This document shows positions 25,401-64,000 of a DNA stretch of 64,000 nt, one piece after another. The stretch covers positions 48,025,810-48,089,809 of the forward strand of contig NC_052152.1 in assembly GCF_902713615.1 (NCBI RefSeq), given 5' to 3'. The notes under the pieces are model-generated. The model saw nothing but the letters and a program-made list of their open reading frames with translations, had not been told where the DNA came from and did not search any database. Position 1 is the first letter of the stretch, and the number at the start of each line of letters is the position of its first letter. The translations under genes and the position numbers were made by a program. This DNA comes from Scyliorhinus canicula (lineage: Eukaryota).

Positions 25401-26897
25401 TCAATTGAATATAAAAGTACTTTGGGACATCTTGAAGTCATGAAAGACACTACATGAATCCACATTAGCTCTTTACTCTTTAATATAGTTCTATACACAT
25501 TTCTTGATTACCCATCAAAGACTATGGGACTCTTTTTTTTCCCCAATTCATTAAAGGCATTTGAGTCAATTCAAGTTGTTCTGGAGTCCTTGAGAATCCT
25601 CTTTATTTCTTTCTTCAGGTGAAGCCTAAGATTGAAGAAGAAGCTGAGAAAACATTTGATGTGTTTGTTGTAAAATCCTACAAGACTCAACTTGTGTCCG
25701 GCACCAACTATTTCATGAAAGTAAGTTTATCCTTCTTGGGGTTCAAACATTTTGCAATGGTGTCTATTATGAATAAATAATCTTAGCACTCTTGGTTTGT
25801 CTCGTGCAAGGTGAACTGGCTTATAGAACATAGAACAGTACAGCACAGAACAGGCCCTTCGGCCCTCAATGTTGTGCCGAGCAATGATCACCCTACTCAA
25901 ACCCATGTATCCACCCTATACCCGTAACCCAACAACTCCCCCCTTAACTTTACTTTTATTAGGACACTACGGGCAATTTAGCCTGGCCAATCCACCTAAC
26001 CCGCACATCTTTGGACTGTGGGAGGAAACCGGAGTACCCGGAGGAAACCCACGCACACAGGGGGAGGACGTGCAGACTCCACACAGACAGTGACCCAGCC
26101 GGGAATCGAACCTGGGACCCTGGAGCTGTGAAGCATTTATGCTAACCACCATGCTACCCTGCCTCTTCTGCAGCCTCTCAAACCTGACTAGTGATTGACA
26201 GGCTTGTTTCCATATTTTCTCTTGTGTTTGAGGATTTTAATTTAAATCAATTGAGGTTAACCTTTTTATACAATAGCATTATCTTCGAGAAAGGGAGGAG
26301 GGGTGAAGGCCTTTCCCCAGCTCCATCAATACAAAGTTAATCTTGCAATCAACATGCCAGTTATTGTAATGTTTGAGGCTGAGGATGTGCCTGTATGTTT
26401 TATCCATCTAGAAATGTCATCTCTTGCATAGGTGTAAGTGATCACTGAATGAAAATGGTATTTTATTGCATAGGAGTTCCATCTTAAATTTCATATTTGG
26501 GAAGTTGGTTGCAAAGCTTGGTTAACAGATTTGGTGGCTTTATGAAACTGGATGGGGAAGAGGAACTGTTTTCACGGTATGGTAGTGACTGGGATGTTTA
26601 GTGTATGATGGAAAGCAGCAGGAACACTGTTCAGCTTTTGGAGGAATGATCCGAGGACAGAACGCATTGATGTGGCAGAAATTTCACTTGGAATACTGGG
26701 GTTTAATATTGGATTTTAGCTTGATGCTTGGTCTGCACTAATCTAACTTCTCTTTCTGTTTAAATTAGATTCACGTTGGTGGCGATGACTACGTGCATGC
26801 AAAAGTATTTGAAGACCTTCCTTGCAGGGGAAGTAAAAAGGAAGTAACTGGCGTAAAGGTCAATAAATTAGACCACGATGAATTAACCTATTTTTAA
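22429..26897 (+). CDS. CSTB: Stefin / type 1 cystatin (cystatin-B-like), 3 exons: 22429-22503, 25619-25720, 26769-26897; 101 aa
   Basis: MSRQMCGGTSAEKSVTEELQQLANS|VKPKIEEEAEKTFDVFVVKSYKTQLVSGTNYFMK|IHVGGDDYVHAKVFEDLPCRGSKKEVTGVKVNKLDHDELTYF*; N-terminal G, QxVxG motif, LP, C-terminal HDELTYF; all introns GT-AG phase 0; AATAAA at 27133. CSTA versus CSTB orthology is uncertain. Confidence 0.93.
23300..23610 (-). mobile_element. Old Deu-domain SINE (SacSINE1/AmnSINE-like) with tandemly duplicated head
   Basis: Reverse complement resembles the Deu core; ~67-bp unit TCTGGGGTGGG...CCAACTGAGCTAAGA repeated at ~23475 and ~23542. Confidence 0.6.
24345..24528 (-). mobile_element. Short SINE (5'-truncated)
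   Basis: AATTTAGCATGGCCAATCCACCTAACCTGCACATCTTTGG core. Confidence 0.85.
24545..25460 (+). mobile_element. Decayed L2-clade LINE 3' fragment
   Basis: Degenerate G..QG.ILGPLLF.LYML...DD..LYL; L2-like 3' end CTTTGGGACATCTTGAAGTCATGAAAGACACTA. Confidence 0.55.
25823..26163 (-). mobile_element. HE1-like SINE with CR1-type tail (stefin intron 2)
   Basis: ATAGAACATAGAACAGTACAGCACAGAACAGGCCCTTCGGCCC tail; near-identical to the 47381 copy in reverse. Confidence 0.9.
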
Positions 26898-27507
26898 AAC
26901 CAACCTTGCTCCAGCCTCACACACTAAAAGCAAAAGCAGTTTCTCAGCTTGTGTATCTCTCTCCAGAGATGTCTACGTGCCTTTATATTGAGGAGATGGG
27001 TTATGGGAACAACATTGATCTTTGCCTTCATGAATTTTTAAAATCTGTTTCAATTTGTTAAATGTTTTCATTCTTTTCCTTTCCCCAAACCACTTCCACT
27101 GCCAGCTGTACCTTTTCACAAGTTTTCAATGGAATAAAATTAATTGGCCCAGGTAAATGCACAACATGAATAATGATTGGCTAGCTTGCACCTATTAGAG
27201 AAAAGAATAATATAAAATGTTTTAAAATCATTCAATCCTAATGGAAATTCAATTTTTCTAGATAGTCTATTTATATAATCCATGCATCTGCTTTTGTACA
27301 AAATATTGTTTTGTTTATTGATGATTATGTGAAATAGAAAACCAATTCAAATATTTGTATTCATTCTGCATTATAAGGAATGTATTAATTTAAATAACAG
27401 CATTGTAAGAAATATATGAATAAATATTGCTCTATACATCATATTGGAAAGCATTGTTTTAAATTGGACCCCCTCCCCACTAAAGGATCCATATAAAGGT
27501 ACATAAA

Positions 27508-27797
27508 TGGGTGGCACGGTAGCACAGTGTTTCTGCAGCTCTGGGGTCCCAGGTTCGATTTCCGGCTTGGGGCACTGTCTGTGCGGGTCTGCACGTTCTC
27601 CCCGTGTGTGTGTGGGTTTCCGCCCGGGTGCTCCGGTTTCCTCCCACAAGTCCCGAAAGAAGTGCTTGTTAGGTAATTGGACATTCTGAATTCTTCCTGT
27701 GTGTACCCGAACAGGCGACTCGGGGCTTTTCACAGTGACTTCATTGCAGTGTTAATGTAAGCCTACTTGTGACAGTAAAGATTATCATTATTATTAT
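27508..27797 (+). mobile_element. SINE with L2-type tail
   Basis: Same structure as 480-790, ending in (ATT)n. Confidence 0.85.
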
Positions 27798-28179
27798 TTC
27801 AGGTTGTTTAATAAAATATTTTATTTCAAACACAAGACCCTTGAGAGAGTGAAATTTGGCTGGGGACAGGAAGGGATTTTGATAAATTTTCCCAATGGAT
27901 TGAAGCAGTTATTCTTTTGTGGATTGTTTTTTTTTTTAATCCTTCACCATTTCCCCAAACATCAGTTTATCTAATACGGTAAAACAGGGGTTCATTCAAA
28001 ATCCAAGTGCTGGTGATGGGAAGAAAGTACACCTTGTAACAGGCAGCTCGCATTTTACATCACCCAGGGATTGCACAGATAAGTGTGCATGAGACTGCCT
28101 GTCATTGTACTGGATAAAAGGCCATGAGAATGGCCACTGCAGTTACTTAGCACATCATCTAGGATGATGATTAAGACAC

Positions 28180-28455
28180 CCAAGTGCCTTACTGAGTTAG
28201 TGTTTCATTGTTGGAGGTGCCAACTTTCAGATGAGACCTCATTTGCCCTCTTGGATCTCGATACAGTGGCACGATCCTGGGTAATATCTATCTCTCAGGC
28301 AACCTGATTTAACAGACTATATATTAATTATCACATTTTGTTGGAACTTGGCACTTCACTAGATTACAATGGGTGACCACGCTTAAAATATTTCATTGTA
28401 CACAGTGCTTTGGCATGTCCTGAAGTCACAAAATGTCACTATAAGTACATTAGTT
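28180..28455 (+). mobile_element. Old Deu-domain SINE
   Basis: TTGGAGGTGCCAACTTTCAGATGAGAC...GCTTTGGCATGTCCTGAAGTC-type core and tail. Confidence 0.5.
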
Positions 28456-28959
28456 CTTCATATGAAATTTCACTGGTAGAAATAGGTAGGTGTTTGAAGT
28501 AGTATAGCACTATAGTCCATTTATCCTAGACGAGGGTTTATCATGTAAATTGTGTCACTGACTTTAATCACAAAGGTGACATATTAAATTATTGGGTTGG
28601 CTATTGTATGCAGATTAAGCAATTGTTTGCAGCTTGTTTAGAGCTGTAATTACCCTGTTTCACAGGTCTTTTAGGGCCCTGATTGCTGTTTACGTAGATG
28701 AGACATTTAAGAGGTGAAAGTGGCCAGATTATTTAACCTGATGAATCAATCCCTTAATTGCAAAGCACTTGCCTCCAGCATTCTTCTGTAAACTGTGCAG
28801 TAGTCAATTGAATTGCTGGATTCAATTCACTTTGATTCAATATTTACACTCTGTTGGAATCACTCTTGTTTATCCCTAAGGACAGAAGGTCAGAAAAAGG
28901 AAAACAATCAAATTTATTTAGTGAAATAACCACATTCATGATGTTCACAAACTCAAATA

Positions 28960-29945
28960 GACATTTGGGTGGGGTTGGGTGTGGGGGGCACCAGAAGGGC
29001 CCGCCTCATTGTCAGGTGACCCTGCAAGGCACAAAACATGACGTATGATTAGATTGCAGTTTGTGGCGTTGGATGGTGTGGGGATCGTGCCATAGGGACA
29101 CCTCAACTCATCGAGGGCATCCTTGGTTGTCACATGCTGACCTCCGCCTCGGCAACTACCTTCTCTCCGGGCACACTAACCAGGTCCAGTGCCCACTGCT
29201 TCATGGTGTGGGGCCGCTGGTCTGGCAGTTCTCCCTCTGTCTTCTCTCTCTGCGATTATGCGTTGTCATCTCCTGGGGGGACGAGGCAGAAAGTGTTAGG
29301 CATTTGGACATCGGCAGCTGCAGGCCTTTGTGGCCAGGCCACCTGGCCTTGGCGGGCAATGCAGGTGCTGGCTTGTGGCGCAGGGTGGGATGTGCATAGA
29401 CTGCCAGTGGATGAGGTGCGGTTGCCCGCCATGTGGGGGGGGGTTTACAGGTGTGTGGAATGGGTGTTGGTGCCAGGGGCACGGTGTTGTCTACTCATCC
29501 TAGCCACCCTGAGGTCATGAAACTTCTTCCTGCACTGCTGTCCAGTCCTGGTGGTGGGGCCCACAGCTCTCACAACCTCTGCCATCCGCAGTCAGGCCCG
29601 GTGTACGACAGCGGCTGGCAGCCTCCTTCCCACACTGGTAAACAGGGTGGACCACCTCTCCATCACAGCATCCTGCAAAGCCTGCCTCTACGAACTGGGA
29701 TGCTGCTCTTTGTGTTCCCATCTTGTTTGCTAGGATGAATGTGTGTGGGGAGTGGAGTGCTTATGTGCATCTGCTGTTTGTCAGCCTCTTGAGTGGCAAT
29801 CCCGACCCCAGCGAATCCAAAATCATTTTTCATTGGAATGGCTCGAGTTCCACGTGGTGCCATTGCTAGCCGATTAACAGATCCGAAATTGCTCCGGGAC
29901 CAACGCCAATATAGTTGTCCACTGATTCAGGCCCGGCATCAAAAC
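28960..29945 (-). mobile_element. Harbinger-type relic with Myb/SANT-like gene
   Basis: Minus strand 29500-29720 reads ...MERWSTLFTSVGRRLPAA...AEVVRAVGPTTRTGQQCRKKFHDL. Confidence 0.65.
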
Positions 29946-29948
29946 CTG

Positions 29949-30883
29949 AGGCTGGATTCTCTGCCCCGCCCCACCCCACCCCACCCCACGCCACCGCATT
30001 TCTGTTTCAACCCACCGGCGGGATGTTCCGTTACGCCGGCTAGTCAATGGTATTTCCCATTGTGGGGCTGCCCAGGCATTGTCAAACTCGGCGGCGCAAC
30101 TCGCGGGTGGGTTGCAGGCGGGTGTCGTTAGGGTCGCGGAGCAGTCCGTCGCGGCATTCCCGATCACACAAATCTGCGCGCAACAGCCGGCTTTTAATAA
30201 TGACGGCTGCGAACAACCTTCAAATTGGCCGCGAACATGTTAAAAAAAATGCGGCCGCACTGCACATGCATGCCAGATCATCGGCACGCATGCGCAAACT
30301 ATGCGCATGTGCGCCGATGATAGGGCACGCATGCGCAGTGCGGCCGCTTTTTAAAAAAACGGTCACAGCTTTTTGTTTTACAAGTTCCGGGAGGGGTTCT
30401 TTTCATTTATTTTATTCATTTGATTTTTATTTTTTTTCACTTATTTTATTCATTTTACTTCTATTTTCTTACAAGTTTCGGGGGGGGGGGGGGGGGTTAT
30501 TTGATAAGAATTTACAGGAAAAAAATGCATAACTTTGGACAGATGGAGACTCCATATTTTCCGACACCAGAAGGCTTCACCTTCATCCAACAGGTTCTAT
30601 TGGAGGAGCGTGTACGAAGGCCAAACGGTCCCAAAACCATTTCCTCCATTTTTGTCAGCAGCAAACAAGGTAAGAGAAAATGGTGGGTCGGCAGGTCAGC
30701 CAGCGTGGGTCACGAAGGACGGCCAGCGTGGGTCCCAAAGGTCGGCTGGGTTGGGTCCCAAAGGTTGGGCGGTTTGGTAAAAATAGGTCCCCGGAAAAAA
30801 ATTTGAAGAACACTGCCCTACGCCGTTGGAAAATCCCCGGGCTGCTGGCGAAACGGAGCATTCTGCCGGCGGAGAATCTAGCC
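29949..30883. mobile_element. Non-autonomous TIR element (Harbinger-derived MITE) hosting a hAT-like MITE
   Basis: TIRs GGCTGGATTCTCTGCC ... GGCGGAGAATCTAGCC. Confidence 0.65.
30073..30815. mobile_element. hAT/Charlie-like MITE
   Basis: Ends CAGGCATTGTCAAA ... TTTGAAGAACACTG; GGGTCGCG-type subterminal motifs; 23-bp tandem repeats at ~30694-30770; long internal palindrome. Confidence 0.6.
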
Positions 30884-31324
30884 CCTGGTCTCTGAAATAG
30901 AGAATCCTTATGTTTCAATCATATCACCTCTCATTCTTCCTCATATGGCTATCCCTCCATAACCAGGGTTATCCTAGTAAACCTCCTTATACTTCCTCCA
31001 ATCATAATATATCTTTCCTTAAAAAAGGGGGACCAAAACTGTACATGGTATTCAAAATGTTGCCTACTAGTACCCTGTGGAGATGCAGCAACACCTTTTT
31101 ACTTGTATAACCGTTGTATTGTAGTCCCACAAATCATCTGCTATGAAGGTCCTGTAGATTACTTGTACATAGTCTGGATGTAAATCTTAATGTACTGTGC
31201 AAGCCAAGTAATGTAAATTATGTTTTGAAAATCTTGGGCCATTCACAAAATCATATCTGATGTACAATTAAGATGCGCAGTCTAACAATAATAGCTTATT
31301 CTGAAAATGTCTGCAACTACAATT

Positions 31325-31690
31325 TAAAAAAATTAATTCATGGGACCTGGGCGACGCTGGCTGGGCCAGCATTTATTACCCATTCTTAATTGCCCTTGAA
31401 GGGGCAGTTAAGAATCAACCACACTGTTGTGCATCTGGAGTCACATGTAGGCCAGACCAGTAAGGACGGCAGATTTTTCCTTCCCTAAAGGACATTAGTG
31501 AATCAGATATATTTTTACAACAATTGACAATGGCTTCATGGTCATCATTAGACTTTTAATTTCAGATTTTTATTGAATTCCAACTTCACCATCTGCAGTG
31601 GTGGGATTTGAACCCGGGTCCCCAGAGCATAACCCTGTGTTTCTGATTTACTAGTCCAGTGACAATACCACCATGTCACCACCTCCCCAG
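31325..31690 (-). mobile_element. LINE 5'-end / SINE-like repeat with tRNA-like head
   Basis: GTGGGATTTGAACCCGGGTCCCCAGAGCAT...CTAGTCCAGTGACAATACCAC, also found at 42960-43290. Confidence 0.6.
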
Positions 31691-33817
31691 TGGCAAGGGA
31701 ACCATGGAATAGATCGGAAGTGGTTAGAACTGAAAAGTATTTGGCATAGCTTTTCAAGGTTGTCTGAATCCATCAGCCATAACTGACATTATTCCTTAAC
31801 ACAGCCATTCACCCATTCATATGCCAAAATGGAACCCATGGAACTTTGTGCTGCTAGATCATGCATTTGCCCCAGTTCAAGTTTTCTCAGCAGCAATTTA
31901 AGAGCAACCTTTTCCAAAACCTCCGAGTGACAGCATTTCCATTGGGTGTGAATGAGGGAAAGGGCTCTTTGGAAAATAGATACTTAACACATTGTCTACA
32001 ACTGGATTAAAAGCACCAGTGGATTTTTATTATGAATGGGACATACTCTCCAACAAGAAAACAAAGCTTTGTTTCAATGTGGTTTCTTCGGAAGTTAAAA
32101 CTCCAGATTGCACTGAACATGCCCACTATTTAAATACATATGAATAGACAGGAACAGAACAACATTTTCTCTAGATTTAAAAAGTCTGTTGATTCTTGAG
32201 TTCTATAAAAATATGGAATTGTTCACACTTGGGTTCCAGTTGAATCCCTGGTTCAGATTAATGCAGTGATACAAGACAGCATCAATATTCCTTTACCCAA
32301 AGCGATACAATTCATGATATTGTTTAAAGTATCACCGTTTTGCAGGAAGAATGACACAGAGGGCAGATTTTACTGGAAAGAGCTTCTGAGTGACTTTGGC
32401 ATAACAAGTGAGAGCAAAAAAAATTAAAACATTACTTCATTAGGCCTTGTTTCCCTTCAATGGAGGAAAAACCTCAACATAACTTAACAATGCTACACGA
32501 CCCAAAACCAAGCAGACCATAATCGCCCATGTTATGAACTAGAAGTTAAGGTAGTTGGCAGGAATGATTGAAAGAAACCTTTCGATTTTGAACCGGTCAT
32601 AATACTTTTTTGCATGAAAGAATAATTACTTTAATATGTGCCCGGTCAGGGTCAGAGGGAACGCTTTATGCTACCTGGGAATTTGGTACCAGGTAAGAAA
32701 AAAAATTCTGACCCCACCCCCCACAATGCAAACACACCTCCCACTGATCGGTAAAAAAACGAAATTGGTAGTAGATACAGACAATCACATGTGAAGACTA
32801 ATGCCCCCCCCCCCCTCTTTCCACCCACTACTGCACAGAATAGATGCAATTTATGTGAAGATTAATATATTTTTTTAAATTAACTAGACCAAATTTTGTA
32901 ACAAGTGGATAATGGAGATGTTTACAGAACATGCATAACCCTTTAACCTGCCCCTATATATCATTTAAAATGTTTTGAAATGACAGCTAGTGAAAGATTT
33001 GTAAAAGATTCTAATTCAACATTACTTAGTTGTTAAAATGCCATTTTCAATTAAATTATTGTAAATGTTTAATTGCTTAATTCCTAGTCTGAATGTGTTT
33101 CAGGTTCAAATTCCAGAAAGAATGGTCAGTCAAACTGTAATGTGAGAATTAGGAGTTTCTTACGATCTCAGGCTGTTATAAATTGGCAACTTAACCATCG
33201 TGATTTATGCTGCACACCACCCGGTTATCAGATTTTAAACTGGCAGATGAGTATTTCCCTTCACTTCAACTCGTCTAAACAGTTCTGAACAACAGTGTAG
33301 CAATTCCATTGGGGTTATGAGTGGAGGAGTCAGGCTCAGAAGGGCAGCAGTAATTTTTAAAAATTGAAACCTATAATTGAACAAAAAATGTCTTTTTATT
33401 GCAAATTAAAGTTCAGACTGGGCAATTTAAGTGGGATCAAACTTTTAAAAAGAATTGCTGTAATAGCACCAAAATTGTCTAGTAATCCCACATGTGACAA
33501 AAGGGAAAAGCTTTCAAATAAATGAAAACACAGAGACCCTTCCAGCTACATTCCTTACTAATAACTACATGATCTGTTCCAATCTGCAATTTAAAAAAAA
33601 GTTTAAACCATGCATGAAACTGTTATCTAAGATATTCAACATGGATAATTATGTTTTGAAAAGCTCACAGCAAACGTACATCATAGTTAGATCCATTTTT
33701 ATGGGCTGTTTTAGGTGATTACTGGAACTGCTAATTTCTCCCATAATAAAAGGTCCATCAAATCAAAAACCCTCACTTTTTATACGTATAAACGGTCCCT
33801 ATAATGGTCCACTGCAC

Positions 33818-33823
33818 TTTATT
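33818..33823 (-). terminator. Candidate poly(A) signal of MIX23
   Basis: AATAAA on the minus strand about 80 nt after the stop codon. Confidence 0.5.
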
Positions 33824-33901
33824 CTGAACAGATATCATTCGATTCATTCTTCTTGAGCCATGGGTAGGCAGGGGTTGTCCTGTTGGCACAGTGCCTCAGC
33901 A

Positions 33902-61372
<27,471 letters not shown>

Positions 61373-61657
61373 CTTGCCGCCGCCTCTCAGGACCCCGGGC
61401 CTGTCTCCGCGAAACGCCTGCACCGCCCGACAGAGGCGAAAATATAAAACAGAAGCTGGCGTTTTACTGTGGAGGAACTTTCCGGCCAAGTGACAATCAC
61501 TGGCTTAAACCCTGTCGCATGTCCTTCCCCCACCCACACAATTGGCGACCGGCGTCGTCTGCGACTCCAAAGGACCGATTGTAATCGCCTCGATTTAAGT
61601 GTTAGGCCCCCCCTCCCCCACGGGGACTCGGCTGACCAGCCAGTGGGCAGAGCAGTG
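61373..61657. promoter_or_regulatory. Bidirectional CpG-island promoter (MIX23 / FAM162A-like)
   Basis: CpG-dense region at ~61000-61930; divergent ATGs 285 bp apart; ATTGG (reverse CCAAT) at ~61541. Confidence 0.75.
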
Positions 61658-61814
61658 ATGTGGAGACACTGGGGAGTGGCGGCAGTTGGAGGCCTCCGCC
61701 TGGCGCTCAGGGCAAACCGGGGGCGGCCGCGCCGGTGGTTTGGCAGCAAACCCGAGGAGGGCAAGTGTCCGGCGGGAAGCGGCTCGGCGACGCCGGCCAA
61801 AGCTGGGGCCGGAG
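61658..61814 (+). CDS. FAM162A: First coding exon of a divergent gene, probably FAM162A (mitochondrial presequence-like)
   Basis: MWRHWGVAAVGGLRLALRANRGRPRRWFGSKPEEGKCPAGSGSATPAKAGAG then AG|GTAAGC donor; Arg-rich N-terminus with no acidic residues; gene name from synteny with CCDC58 only. Confidence 0.6.
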
Positions 61815-61929
61815 GTAAGCACGAAGCTTCAGCTGGGGAAGTACTGGCTTGGTCCTTAACATGAGCAACCTCACCCCAACCCAGAGCCCTCACATTGCGC
61901 CAGGGCCACCCCGCTCCTGACCTTCCCAC

Positions 61930-62810
61930 AACCTTGACTCAAAAGGGGCACAATTAGGTGAGGTGAGAGTGATCGCCCCTGACATCAAAACAGCAGTTGA
62001 CCCAGTGTGACATCAAGGAGTCCGACCACAATTGAAGTTAATGGGAATGGGGGGACTCTCAACAAACTGGAGTCATACATAACATACAGGAAGGTGGTTG
62101 GTAGGCGTCAATCATCTCCCTGTTAGGTCATCACTACAGGAGTTCCTCACAGTAGTGCCCCAGGTTCAACCACCTTCAGCTACTTCATCCCTTTCCTCCT
62201 TGATAAATTCAGAAAAGTAGATGTTCACTGATTATTGTCCAGAGCCATTTGTGACTCCTCAGATACTGGAGCAGTCCATGTCTCTATGCTGAAAGACCAG
62301 ACCTGGATGACATTCAGGCTCGGGTTGGCGAGTAACAGTTGTGCTATGCAAGTGCTGGTAAATGAACATCTCTGACAAGATATAATCAAGCCTTTCCATT
62401 CACCTGAAGAAGGAGCCGTGCTCCGAAAGCTCGTGTTTGAAACAAACCTGTTGGACTTTAACCTGGTGTTGTAAGACTTCTTACTGTGCTCACCCCAGTC
62501 CAACGCCGGCATCTCCACATCAAAGATATAATCTAATCACTCTTGTTAACATTCAGTGACATTACCATCACTGAATCTTTCATAATTAACATCATGAGGG
62601 AGGGGTTACCATTGACCACAAACTGAACTGGGCCAGCCATATAAGTACTGTGACTGCGAGTGAAGGTTGGGAAATTTGCAATGAAGAACTCCCCTCCTGA
62701 CTTCCAAAAGCCTGTTTACCAGTACAATTCACAAGTCAGGAGTGTGAAGGAATACACTCGAGCTCAACATCCAGGTCAAAACAGCCTGCATGATCAGCAC
62801 CCCTTCTACC
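61930..62810 (+). mobile_element. Decayed CR1-group LINE fragment
   Basis: GTGAGAGTGATCGCCCCTGACATCAAAACAGCAGTTGACC...CAGGAGTTCCTCA RT region; same family as 39730-41270. Confidence 0.7.
62401..62435 (+). ncRNA. Minimal hammerhead ribozyme in a Penelope-like terminal repeat (62398-62522)
   Basis: CAC-CUGAAGA-A-GGAGC(CGU)GCUCC-GAA-AGCU-C-GUG: intact core, helix II, palindromic helix III, UH cleavage site. Confidence 0.75.
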
Positions 62811-63218
62811 ACCTCTTGCATTTCTGGCTGTTTAATCTCTAATTTTGTGAGTCTTCACTCACTTGATTAATTTGTCCCTTTGAGACTTTTACTATTCCAG
62901 CAATAACAGTCCAGTGACATAATTCAGAAGACATTTATTAAGTACAAAAGGTAATACTTGAAGTTGAATAATGACTTTACTGGCTTCATGCAGGTCTTGC
63001 CTGCTGGTTCAGGTATTCATACAGTCTCTTCTCAGCAATACCTTTCATTTTTCATCTTCCTTCTCAATGTGCCTGGATGTTGGTGCTTATTAATCTTTTC
63101 AAATCAAATTCTGATTAGTTTGGGTGGGGCAAGTTCAGTCTCTGGTTTTTAATGTGATCATCATCTACAGATGTCACTTCGTGTTATCTCCTGACTGGTT
63201 CCCTAAAGTGGAAGTTAC

Positions 63219-63375
63219 CTGTGGAACAGTTCTGTTCCTTCATTAAATTTCATAACTTTCTACTAAGGTAATTGTTGTTCCATGGTGGTTCCCCAAGGTG
63301 GCAGCAATCTGTGGAACAGTTCTGTTCCTTCATTTAATTTTACAGCTTTCTACTAAGATGATTGTAGTTCTATGA
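63219..63375. repeat. Imperfect direct repeat, ~67-bp unit with 90-bp period
   Basis: CTGTGGAACAGTTCTGTTCCTTCATT.AATTT...CTTTCTACTAAG at 63219 and 63309. Confidence 0.85.
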
Positions 63376-64000
63376 TTTGCTTATTTGAGATAAGAGAGTG
63401 TGTAATGTCAAGTGCTGATTTAGGCTCACATTCCTAAATGCGTAATCAATGTATGTGTATCAATATTGCACATCCTATAGAATTCTTATGAAGACTGGCA
63501 CCTCTGGGTTTTGGTTGAGAGATCTGCTTCGCTGGTGTGTATTTCTATAGTAACAATTGGTGGTTGCCACAAATTAATTAAAAATAGGAAAAAAATATGA
63601 AGTGGCTCACAGCCTTAAAACTAATAGAAATTACCAAGTTGCTTCATACATAAAACCAACACAAAGCATGGAGAGAATCAGTGTTTAAAGATAATCTGTG
63701 TGCTAAAGCTGGTAACAAGATACATTTAGGATACATTCAATTGATACATGTTCAGAAGTAATAAGTGCAAAAGAAGAACATAGCTACAAGAATGTAATTT
63801 TTTAATTTACCGAGCCAAAGCAATATATTGGCTTAAATAATTTAAAATCAGCTGCCTGCTTTTAAGGCATTACAATTTAAAATATTACATTTAGGACATG
63901 GGCTGAAGGTTTGAAACCTCACAGCAGTTCTTATCACACAATAGCTTGTTTTATCTCCTCCCGAGTCTTGGATAATGAGCACAAACTGATGTGTTCATTG

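Noticed and set aside
30694-30770. 23-bp tandem repeats as a CRISPR-like array
   Set aside because: No spacers; these are subterminal repeats of a MITE in eukaryotic DNA

Overview
Eukaryotic, repeat-rich vertebrate DNA. The SINE/LINE families present point to a cartilaginous fish, probably a catshark. Three host genes were reconstructed by hand from splice sites. (1) A complete 3-exon stefin (type 1 cystatin, 101 aa, + strand, 22429-26897). (2) A complete 5-exon MIX23/CCDC58 (144 aa, - strand, 33902-61372). (3) A head-to-head first exon that is probably FAM162A (61658-61814). This matches the CSTA-CCDC58-FAM162A gene order known from mammals. Most of the rest is nested mobile DNA: an intact full-length L1-clade LINE, truncated L1s, CR1/L2 relics, Harbinger Myb/SANT relics, a hAT-like MITE, Penelope-like fragments with hammerhead ribozymes, about 22 tRNA-derived SINEs and several LTR elements. 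The most unusual element is a retrovirus-like LTR element in MIX23 intron 1 (49385-59099). It has a ~990-bp LTR, a tRNA-Arg PBS, a coiled-coil Gag and no pol. In the env position it carries an intact 114-aa signal-peptide/TM/polybasic membrane protein, with matching splice donor and acceptor sites. Also notable are a Gypsy element whose PBS is complementary to its own LTR (self-priming or poly(A) occlusion) and a Gag-protease-only 2-kb LTR element. All family calls come from motif recognition only; no database searches were run.
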